Source: Mobula hypostoma
Taxonomy: Eukaryota
Assembly: GCF_963921235.1 (NCBI RefSeq)
Contig: NC_086128.1
Location: 13,206,001 to 13,270,000 of the forward strand
Direction: 5' to 3'
DNA length: 64,000 nucleotides
The translations under genes were made by a program, and so were the position numbers. The notes under the pieces were generated by a model. It ran no database searches. It was not told the origin of the DNA and saw nothing but the letters and a program-made list of their open reading frames with translations. Shown here in pieces: positions 49,157 to 60,190 of the stretch (position 1 is its first letter; each line of letters starts with the position of its first letter).

Positions 49157-50754
49157 CTGGAGAAAACAATGTGGTATGCTATAATTCTGATCAGACATAA
49201 TTGAATGCATAAAAAGTTTTAACAGATAATTTCTAAGAAGCAGTACTGATTACTACTCATCACCAATAAAGTATTCAGAGCCATGAGCTTAAAATATCTG
49301 TCAACAGTATGCATGGAAATATTAAAGAACATAAAACCTTTTGCTAATTAAGCTGAGTTCTTCATACAGGATCACAATTGACTTTTTTGACTGTGTTTCT
49401 GACTCTGGCTTCAGTTGTATTCTTGAGAACTACAAAATACCATCCCAACAATTCAGAGCCAACAAAGAAAACTTTCTACACCAGGCAGCAGGATGAGCTG
49501 GAAATGGAGAGTAATCACAGAGAGGTGGGCAGAGCCAGATGCGACTTGCAACTCTAGCACATATACATTGTTAGGATGCCTATGACTTTTGCATAGTACT
49601 ACAGTAATTTTATGTATTGCACTGTACTGCTGCAGCAAAAAAAAAATTCATGGCATACATGAGTGATGATAAACCTGATTCTGAAATGGGTCTCTATTGT
49701 GTACTGAGAGTGGAAAGGGGAAGGGAGAGGGGAATTGTGGTTGGGGAGAGGGGAGGAATAGAAATCACCAGAGAGAGAGATTCTGTAATGATCAATAAAC
49801 AATTGTTTGGAATCAAATGACCTTCCCTGTTGTCTTAGGACTGGCCCACACCACCCCCTGCCCCAGCACCCCTTCTCTGCCACCTGTCCCACACCCCTCC
49901 CGCAGTGCTCCACCCTTGCTATTCCCAACATCCTTTTGTCCTGCCAGATTTACAAACTTGCACTCTGCTCCACATTGACAAATACAGTACTATGCAAAAG
50001 TTTTAGGCACCCATATATAGTTTAAGTGTCTAAGGATCCCTGATCTCCACTATAAAGGGGTTCTTGCCCAGGTTTATTAGACATTAGAAGACCTATTACT
50101 CCAGACCTGATGTGTAACTCACAGAAACTTAAGAACTGACAAATTTAAGCATAGATGGAGATTCGTGCGGGCTAAAGTCATTCTGTTTAGGTTAATCAGT
50201 TCCCAGTTGTTGGTCTACAGCCTTGCTCATTAAACAGCAATGAAATTGGTTTCATACCAAGGTGACAATGATCCTTTTAATGCTGGTTGATCTGAATGAA
50301 AATCAGTCATTGCATCTTTTGTGATGATCTGGACTCAGGCTAATTATTCTGATTTTGGGTAAATTTTCCAAAGTGACAATGACATGTGGTTTGATAGGGT
50401 AAAAATAATCAATTAAAACTAGTGCCTTAAAGAGGCCAATGCACATAAAATAATCACATAGAGGTGGTGTCTGTCTTTGCTTCATGTTTATGTGTTTGTA
50501 CTTTCCAGTAGGAATTGCTGAATGAAGGTTAACAATGTAAGGCTTAATTATAAACCCTTCCTGCTCTGAGGGTTCATGGCCATTTTGAGCACCTCAGCTG
50601 GACATCTTCCTAGCCTGGATGTGGCAACAACACAGAGTCACATTTTGCAAGTCAGCTGTCAGGGGAACGCTTGTTACCTTTTAGTCTGGAGCCAAGTACA
50701 TTTTCCACACCAAACCTAGTCCTTTGGCAAATGAAGTGAAAATTCCAGACTTAC

Positions 50755-50919
50755 CCCAAAGAAGTGACCTACAGTGAGTGAAAAGCCAATAATCATGGCT
50801 GCTGAACCCATGAATCCATTTCTGCGAATGTCTGTTGTGGCAAAAATACAGAGGACAAACTGAAGAGTAAGGAATATCTCCACGACTGTGCCCTGGCCAA
50901 TACCCACTCCGGCATGCAG
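50755..50919 (-). CDS. MIP: MIP exon 2 (aa 121-175)
   Basis: TTTAG acceptor; [35 protein letters not shown]...GHFFG; 165 nt; GTAAGT donor. Confidence 0.95.
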
Positions 50920-51539
50920 CTAAAGAATAAAAACAATATTGCTATTAGAAATGGCAACAATAGATCAGAAAGGAATCTAAAGGGTTGTATTTACAGGCAC
51001 TTCTAGAGATATAATTGTCTGCTACCAAAAGTCAAAAACCAATACTATTCTTTAGATTCTACTTAATTCTAGATTTTACTATTCGTTCCTGGATCTGAGC
51101 TTATGATAGTGTTTGAATGCCATCTCAACCCACAGATTTACTGGGTACGATGTGATGTAAATGTGCACACTTTGCAATGAATGGCTAAGAGAGGGATCAT
51201 TACTGTGTCATGACTTCATTATGTGTTATTACTTCAGGAACATGATAACTAATTTAATGAAACAACCCAATTTCAAAGCATTTCTTTGCTGGCTGGAGAA
51301 TGGAGTTGCTCCAGTTTTGAAACCATGAAGTATCTGAGTAAAACTGATGCTATTGCTACTTTGCCTAACAGTATAATGTCTTGACCTTCAAGTGATTTTA
51401 TTTCATTTTCCAAACAATAGCTTTGCATTGCAATGAAAGTGGCAAGTAATTCTTAAGTATCGTTCAGAGATGTAGAACCATATTCATGTGAAATTGTATT
51501 GAGCTGTTCTGTGTTTCAAATAGGAAAGCTAATAGCTTG

Positions 51540-51635
51540 CAGTCCTGCTGAAGGGTCTTGGTCCGAAATGTTGACTGTACTTTTTTCCATAGATGGTATC
51601 TTGCCCACTGAGTTCCTCCAACATTTTGTGTGTGT
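51540..51635 (+). mobile_element. Short Penelope-derived 3' end with a mutated hammerhead
   Basis: CAGTCCTGCTGAAGGGTCTTGGTCCGAAATGTTGACTG plus the PLE tail. Confidence 0.65.
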
Positions 51636-52233
51636 AGTTTGTGATAGGTCAAGATTTCAGGGAGAAGGAAGCAATATTTGGGATAAAAGTAAATATTTAA
51701 AAATATTGCTTTCACCTACCTCCCACTGGGAAATTAGTTGAATTATGACCTTTCTAAAAAAAAGTCAATATTTAAGTTTGTGAATTCAATGTTTGAATAA
51801 TATATTTAATGATAAACTGGGATTTTGTTCAGCATTGAGGAAGTTTAACATCCTATAATTGAATTATATCAATGATGAAATTTAGCCAAGTAATTGCGAA
51901 CTTTTACTATATCTCCCATCTGGTCTCTGAATCACCACCTCACTTCTGTTTACCTGTACATTCCACACAACACTTGAGGAAGAATTCTTTTGTTTTCTGT
52001 GCATGCGCTAAATTTTCACATTTAACAACACATAATATCCTTGTGAATCTAATTCTTCGTTTAACCATACTTAAGAATCTAATTCTTCATTTGTCTTCTG
52101 CATTTTGTATATACAGTGCATGGAAGAAATCAATGCCAAGTTGAATTGGAATTTTGAAATGATCCAAATAAATATGAAAATTATGTTTTCCTTGTTCATC
52201 ATTTTACTCAAAAATATCAAACTGCAAAACATA

Positions 52234-53783
52234 CAGTGGTGCTAGAAAGTTTGTGAGCCATCTATTTCTGCATAAATGTGATCAGATCTTCACAAAAGTC
52301 ATAAGACTAGATAAAACCAAATTGAATAAACAACATTAAAAACATTATACTTTTATTTATTGAGAAAAATGATCCAATGTATTTGTTGGAAAAAGTATGT
52401 GAACCTCTAGGGTAATGCCTTCTACAAAGGCTATTTGGAGTCAGGTATTCCAATCAATGAGATGAGATTGGAGGTGTGGGTTGTAGAGCCCCTGCCTTAT
52501 AAAAAAAGGCACACAAAGTCAGGTTACTGACAGAGCCTGCCCTTCTCAAGAAAGATCTGTTTATGTACACCATGCCTCGATCAAAACAAGGACCTTAGAA
52601 GAAGAATTGTAGAGATGCATGAAGCTTGAAAAGGCTACAAAAGCATTTCTAAAAACCTGAGTGTTCATCAGTCCACAGTAAGAGAAATTGTCTACAAATG
52701 GAGGAAATTCAGTAACTGTTTCTACTCTCCCTAGGAGTGGGCATCCTGCAAAGATCACACCAAGAGCACAATATGCACTGCTGAAGGAGGTGAAAAAGAA
52801 CCCAAGGGTAACAGTAAAAGACCTGCAGAAATCTCTAGAACTTGCTAAAGTCTCTGTTCATGTATCCCCTATAAGAAAAACACTGAACAAGAATGGTGTT
52901 CATGGAAGGACACCATGGAAGAAACCACTGCTCTCCCCAAAAGGAACATTGCTGCACATCTCAAGTTTGCAAAAGACCACCTGGATGTACTACAATACTT
53001 CTGGGACAATGTTCTGTGGACATGAGATAAAAGTTAAACTTTTTGGCAGAAATGCACATTGCTATGTTTGGAGGAGAAGGGGCACTGCACACCAACACCA
53101 AAACCTCATTCCAACTGTGAAGCATGGTGGAAGGAGCATTATGGTTCGGGCTGCTTTTCTGATTCACGGCCTGGACGGCTTGCAACCATTGAGGGAACAA
53201 AGTTGTATCAAGACATTTTACAGGAGAATGTCAGGGTAGCAGTCTGTCACTTGAAGCTTAATAGGTCAGATAATGCAACAAGAAAATGATCCAAAAGATC
53301 AGAATAAATCAACAGCAGAATGGTTTAAAAAGAAGAAAATGTGTGTTTTCGAATGGCCGAAAAGGAGTTCTAACCTTAATGTTGTGGTGGAAGGACCTGA
53401 AGCAAGCAGTTCATGCAAGGAAGCCCACCAACATCCCAGAGTTGAAGCAATTTTGTAAGGAGGAATGGCCTAAAGTTCCTCCAAGCTAATGTGCAGGACT
53501 GATCAAGTTACCGGAAACATTTGGTTGAAGTTGTTGCTGTACAAGGAGGTCATACTAGTTACTGAAAGCAGAGGTTCACATAATTTTTCCAACAAATACA
53601 TGGAATATTGGATCATTTTTCTCAATAAATAAATGAACAAATATAATGTTTTGTGTTATTTATTTAAATAGGTTCTCTTTACCTAGTTTTAGGACTTATG
53701 TGAAGATCTGATCACATTTTAGGTCACATTTATGCATAAATAGAGGAAATTCTACAGGGTTCACAAACTTTCTAGCACCACTG
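52234..53783 (+). mobile_element. Full-length, inactivated Tc1 DNA transposon (Frog Prince-like, IR/DR ends) in MIP intron 1
   Basis: TA|CAGTGGTGCTAGAAAGTTTGTG...CACAAACTTTCTAGCACCACTG|TA with ~200-bp TIRs containing inner direct repeats. Transposase remnants LPRSGHPAKITPRAQ, KPLLS, TVKHGG, QQENDPK, DLKQAVHARKP with stops and frameshifts. Confidence 0.93.
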
Positions 53784-55074
53784 TATAGTGAGTTTGCACA
53801 GGAAAATCTGTACACCAGAATGCCATAGACAACAGTTGTTAATCTGGTTTTGATGAAGTTTGTCTGAGGAAGAAAGTTGATAGGTGAGTGGGACCTCTTT
53901 GTCTTTGAAGAGTGCTATGGGATTGATAGCAATATTTGAAATACCAGAACAGGTAGATGGGCCTTTTTGAGGATGTGAAACACTACAGATGCATTAGGAA
54001 ATATCTTAACATGCCTTACTGTAATAATATTAATCTGAATGCATTAATATGGCACAAAATTAGAAGAGGAATTTCAAATACTGTATGCAATTGATGTGTC
54101 TACTTAGAAGGGCAAAACATATTTCTTGTGTCTGCAACTTACTGCTAAAACTAAATTGTATTTTAATTCATTACTATTATTTAATTTTAACTTTTCATAT
54201 TGGAAATGATTTTGGGGGTATTGTCCCATTTGTCCTAATACCTAGTTGGTGCTGAATTGCGTGTTTGGAAAGGTCTAAAGTCTTAGTGATCTATTGAAGC
54301 ATTGCTTTGCAATATACAGTAAAGTACAATACAGTAAAATACACAACTGTGCCCTGTCATGGAAATAGTGAATTTTGCCTGTAGCCCCTGGTGACTAATG
54401 GCCAACTGTATATTTAGTCTAAGGAAGGCAAGTGACAGGTATTTATTGTAGCCCTGGCTAGCTGTTCTGAACTATATTTTGGTTTTGACAGACTAGCAGA
54501 AAATTATCCATTTCTTGGAAGACTGGTGGTGATAGTATGTCACCATTAACTGAAGTTTAGGTAGTCATCTAAAGTAATAGTGATGAGTCTGTATGTGAAT
54601 CCTGGGGAGGAGAAGGAAGAATTTTAGCCATTATTCCTAGTAGCCATGAAAGAGCTGTTTCAGTCACTCAATATATAAAGCTTGGATAAAATACTTATTC
54701 CTGGTTACATCTTTGCAGAGTATCATTAACAGATAGTGCTCAAAAATACATCTCAAAATGCTTTAAAATACAGTAGTCTGACTTCATTCAACATTACATA
54801 AATGCAACATCACATTTCTATTAGATTCCACAGAGGACAAGATGGTCAATGTACAAAGTCTTTTGCCAATAGTTTGAACATATAAGGATTCCTGCAAGCA
54901 GAAAAGCGTTTAATTATCTCTCAGTTGGTTTTAGTTTCACACACACAAGTCAGCAATGACTCAGTGACGAGATAATGTACTGCTAGTGATTTGCAACCCA
55001 TATCCTATAGTCAAAGGTATTAGATTTGATATTCTGTTTTGGGCAAGAGAAGTTAGATCAATTACAACCTAGCC

Positions 55075-55660
55075 TGCTTTGGTGGTGCTTTGCTCACAGC
55101 GAGATCCCACAAGCAACAATAAGGGCAATAACCAGAAAGACTCTTTTTACGGTGGTTTTGCGCTCAGAAAGATGTAACGGAAAAAAAAACGATGGATATC
55201 CAATCCGTTTTGCGCACAGCAAAGACCCCTGTTTAAAATGTAATTAATGGCCACCTAGTCCATCTTGGCGATGTTCTGTGCTCAGCAAAGTTTCGCTAAA
55301 ATTAATTAGTGGCCACCTAATTCATCTTACCGATTTTTTTTATTGCGCTCATCGAAATCCCACAAGCAGCCTTGGTAACCCTGTTTTGGTGACGTTTGCG
55401 CACAGCAGGATCCACAAAATATTTGAGCAACGGACACTTACTTTGTTGGCAATGTTTTGCGCATAACTGGACACCACTAGCAACCACAATGCCCCACCGT
55501 TCGTTTACTTTGATGTATTGCAGATAGCATGTCCCACAAACTACAAGATTCATTACCACCTTGTTTTCGTGGTGTTTTGCGCACAGCAACATCCCACAGG
55601 CAACAACATCAGTGACTAGTAAGTTTGTTTTGCTAGTTTGCACACAACAGCCATACTTAA
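55075..55660 (+). repeat. Degenerate tandem array, ~10 units, ~61-bp period, core TTTGCGCACAGC
   Basis: TGC cores at 55091, 55159, 55211, 55277, 55344, 55397, 55458, 55519, 55578 and 55639. Confidence 0.8.
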
Positions 55661-57901
55661 AGAGAAACGAGATCGGTGACTTGTTCCCTCTGTTTTCGAT
55701 GAGAAGTGTGGCCCAGATCATACTGAGAACTCTGCTCAATTAGCGCAGGGGATTGTTTTGCCAGTGCCATAATTGACAGCGAAACTAAGATATGCCAGCA
55801 ATAAAGTCTCGGCTGCAAGCGAGGATTTTTTTTGTTGCCATTTTTATGTCATGGAATACGGTTGCAACCCTGAATCACAGACATTGGGTATATTCATATA
55901 AACCAGTCCAGTCAGAAACCGTTAAAATTTTATTCTTTACTTCACCCTAAATCAAACGCAAATTCTAAAAGCGATAGCTGCCAGCTAGGTACATATTTCT
56001 AACTGTAAAATATTATAGCACACCCATGGTATGCCTTTCATGCTTCTCCGCTTGTTTGTTCTGGAGCAAGACAAAATGTAATTCTATTTGCAACAATATG
56101 AGCTTTCCCCAAGTTATTGTGACCGAGATCGCGATCTCGACCGAGTGACTGAAGCATATAATTTGTGGTGTAAACAGTGGGCAACAACAAAAAAAAATCC
56201 CTCATAATATGGTATCTAGATTTACTAACAGATAGCTGGTCTTCGCTCTGAACTCATATTGGGAGGGGTGTTTGTACCCTTCCGTATTAAGAGTCAATTC
56301 TCAAATATAGGTTTGACACCTGTAATATTAGAGGGGCGTCCGTCTTAACGTGTTTCCCCAATCACGAAGATTATTTACCATTTTAACTGCTGGCATCCTT
56401 TCGTGCGTTGATGTCGCTGAACTTTAAAGGTCTGGGGCTGTAGTTGCACAACTTATAGCCCAAGTACAATCACTATAGCTAAGAATGCAATCAATCACAC
56501 TGTGGACACGGAGCGTTTGAACCCTGGTAAGCTGTATCTGCAGGACAACCGTGAAATCACAGCTGAGTGAGCTTTGCCATTTTCCTCCTTTTAAATGTTA
56601 TTCCCCAAGTTTGACACCCGCAATTTAGAAGCATAACAAAATGTTCGGAAAATCGAAAGTTTAACCCTTAACTCTCATGCAAACTGGAAGTTACATAAAG
56701 TCGCGACACATTTCGAGAAGTTTTTAAATCTCTGAAAATGTTACCACACAGAACGTTAAAATAAAATTCCTTGTTAGGTCAACACGCAAAGTAAAAGTGA
56801 TAAACCAAACAAAACCTCACCTATTTAAAAATATATTGAATACGAATTGAGACAGAAAATAACTTAACACGAATTACTGCTAAAAATCCAATGAACATAC
56901 CTTTAAGCTGATGGGAAACCTACCATTTTGGATTATTCGGATAAATATTCTGCTCAGAACCAGTCCAAAGCAACGAACCTTTCAAAGTCCACCAGATCTT
57001 GCACTATAAATATAAATTTTCCTACCCTTGCCACATTGGTCTGTAGATTAAATTGCAGTTGTACAGAAAGTTTTCAAAAGCACTTTTCAAAAGTAGTCGG
57101 CTATTTTCCGAAAACAATACAGAACACTAAATGAAGACTAAGTAAAACGAAAAAGATAATTTTTTCATTAACCTTACGACCCTTCATGTTTTGTTTTATC
57201 TCCTCAGTTTTCACGTTGCATACACGATCTGACTTGACATCGTTCAACAAATCTCATGGAATTAATGACCAGGAGTTCAACGCGGAAAAACTCTAGACTC
57301 CTGTTCCCCATTATTATTATTTATTAATCTTAAATTATGGTGGCGCCACAAATAAATAATTCTGGGAATAAGCCACTGAAAAGTACTTTAATAATAGCAC
57401 GTTATTTCCAATTCGTCTGTCCAGCCATTTTAAAGGGTTCATTAATATGGGGAACTTAAATTCGAAATGATTTATATTCTTGGAACAATATCGTTTATTT
57501 TAATCCATTTAATTCCCAGCGAAAGTAATGTCATTTAGCTTCTCGTTTACTTAACTTTAGTAAATGTTTAAGTCCCAAAGTTTAGACACACCTTAATCAT
57601 TTCCGAATAATGTAACCCATCACTTACTAAAATGTATTAATGCTGCTTCAATTCATTCTCTATTATATTTTTATCTCAAACCTATTATATAGATATCCTT
57701 TAAACGTAATTTTTATAAATCTCTACACCTTTACACTCGTTATATTTACTAATTACCTTTGTTACTATTTTTATACATGATTTTCCAAGACATTTATCAT
57801 TTTGCTTCAAACTTTAATATTGGCTTTCAAAACAAGATTTTAGTTTGTACAAGATCATACTTTAACTCCCTTTATAGCGTACTATTTGCAGACATATTTA
57901 C

Positions 57902-58261
57902 CGTGTTGAGCCCTAGGTTGCCCCGTACAGCAGGAGGGGTGACCCCGAACAACACAGCTGCCCCTGCCACTGCCCCGAGGAGCTGAGCTGCTATGTACAT
58001 CACACAGCGGAACATGCTCAGTTGCGCCCCCAGCAGGTAAGCGAAGGTAACAGCCGGGTTGAGGTGCGCCCCGCTGACATGTCCCACAGCCTGTACCAGG
58101 GCAGCCAGGACAAAGCCAAACCCCAGAGAAACCAGCAGCACGTTGACGGGGCCCGGAGACCATCGCATCGTAAAGCCCAGTCCAAAAAACACGAAGAGCA
58201 TGGTGGCAAAAAATTCTGCAAACACTGCCCTCCAAAAGGCGATGGATTTCAGCTCCCACAT
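57902..58261 (-). CDS. MIP: Aquaporin-0 / major intrinsic protein of lens fibre, exon 1 (aa 1-120)
   Basis: [20 protein letters not shown]...[14 protein letters not shown]...VRGNLGLNT contains the first NPA. 360 nt followed by a GTAAAT donor. Confidence 0.96.
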
Positions 58262-58380
58262 GATCCCGATCTTCCAAAGAGCAGACTATTACAAAATAAC
58301 AGAAAAAAATTTAAAAAAAAGATGAAATTATCTCCCAGCTCCTCAAATGTTTCCCCAAATTTAATTGCTCAGAATGAAGT

Positions 58381-58390
58381 ATTTATAAGG
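58381..58390 (-). promoter_or_regulatory. Putative TATA box of MIP
   Basis: CCTTATAAAT on the minus strand about 120 bp upstream of the MIP ATG. Confidence 0.55.
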
Positions 58391-59379
58391 GGCTCTGGAT
58401 CTGGGGGAGGGACTTGGCCAGTTGGTCATTGTATTAACTGTTTCATCCCAGGACATCAAGCATGTTCTAATAGTTTCTGTTTCCACCATCCTCGGTTTGC
58501 AATGCATTTTGAAGGCAGATGTAAGTCAAAATACGAATATACAGCCGCATAAATTTCAAGCTATTAAGATAGGGACAGGGATGTGTGTGATGAACCCACA
58601 GTAATGTCAAAGAAGTGGCAAAAAATTGGGAAGTTACTGAGTCTCAGGTTTCACCTGTGCAGTAGCAACATGGACAGGGCGTTTGAAGATGTTAAAACAT
58701 TTTAGATTGAAGGGAGGGTGATACCTCAAACAAGACAAACAAAAAGAATAAAATTCCAAGATTGCAACCGTGTATACGAAAAGAAGCTGGGAAAGATACA
58801 GAGGAGGCACTGTAACAGAAGAGGGAAGTAATATTATGTAAATATTCAAAATAAGATGGAACAAATCCTGTTTTGGAAAATGGAGATTATGGATTAAAGG
58901 AGACTCCTCAGAATGTGGAAAGCAATGACCACAGAATTAATGCTACAATCACTGTTTTTCATCACTAGGCAAACAATTTAGACTTGGGATGGTTGTAATT
59001 ATTGGAGGCAAATTGTATTAGATCCAGAACATTACCCCAAAATTTCCTCAGGCCCTGAGGATTATACAATGTTCAATTATATTCACAGCTCTTTGGATAA
59101 CGAAAATCAGAAATGAAACAGTAAATGCCAGAAATCTGAAATAAACAAAAATGCTGGAACCACTCAGCAGATCAGGTAGCATCTGTGGAAAGAGAAAGAG
59201 TTCTGACAAAGAATCTTCAAACTGAGCCATTAGACTGCTTCTCCCTCCATAGGCACAACCTACCCTACTGAGGTATTTTCTGTTTGTATTTCCTCTGTCT
59301 TCATTTTCTCTTTGTATTTCCTATGATAATTAAGTAGTCTGACCCTGCCTATTGGAACATAAATGCTGCGGCTTCAAAA

Positions 59380-59965
59380 GCAGGTTGAAGGCTAGTTATT
59401 TTATGGTGAATGACACACCTGCTGAGATCCCAAAGCCTTTCCACCATCTCCAAAGCACAAGCCAGAAGTGTGATGGGACACTTTCCACTTACTTGGATGT
59501 GCGTGGCTCCAACAACACTCAAGAAGCGTGACACCATCCAGGACATAGAAGCCCACCTGACAGGAATGCCATCAACCAGCTACCAGTTTACTCACTCCAC
59601 CAGCAGCACACTATGGCTGCCGTGCGTATGCTCCACAAGCTTTGTTGGATTCTCTCGCCTGGATTTTTTTCAACGGCACTTCCCAAGCCTGTTATCAATG
59701 ACCAAGAAAAACAAGGCCACTAGGCACAGGGGACCATCACCATCACCTGCGGGTTCCCCTCCAAGTCACACACCATCCTGACCTGGAAATATATTGCTGG
59801 TCCTTATCATTGTTGCTGGGTATAAATGCAGGAACTCCCTTTGCAATGACACCGTGGAAGCAATGGTTCAAGGAAGTGGTTTACCCCACCACCTCAATAG
59901 TAGTTAGGGATGGGCAATAATGCTGACCTTGTCAGTGATGTCCACAGCATGTTACTGAATAAAAA
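59380..59965 (+). mobile_element. Degenerate LINE 3' end (CR1/L2-group); related piece at ~25950-26190
   Basis: Both share a CCAAGTCACACACCATCCTGACCTGG...GGGCAATAATGCTG-like tail. Family not identified. Confidence 0.5.
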
Positions 59966-60009
59966 CAAAGATCCCTGCATACATGGCACTCCAAAAGTTA
60001 TTTTATGTT

Positions 60010-60190
60010 TTACTTAGAGTTACAACACAGTAACAATGAGCCCATGTCACCCAATTACACATGTGTGACTAATTAACCTACTAACTCATACGTCTTTGCA
60101 ATGTGGGAGGAAACTGGAGCAGCCAGAGGTCACAGGGTGAACGTGCAAACTGCTTACCGACAGTGTTTGGAATTGAAACTGGATTGCAAT
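60010..60190 (-). mobile_element. V-SINE fragment
   Basis: CTTTGCAATGTGGGAGGAAACTGGAGCA is the reverse complement of the V-domain. Confidence 0.6.

Noticed and set aside
55075-55660. CRISPR-like repeat/spacer appearance
   Set aside because: Vertebrate intron, no cas genes, short degenerate repeats, and some spacers resemble each other (GGCCACCTA, ATCCCACA), as expected for an old tandem repeat.
58022-58552. 176-aa plus-strand ORF
   Set aside because: Antisense to GC-rich MIP exon 1; no recognisable domain.
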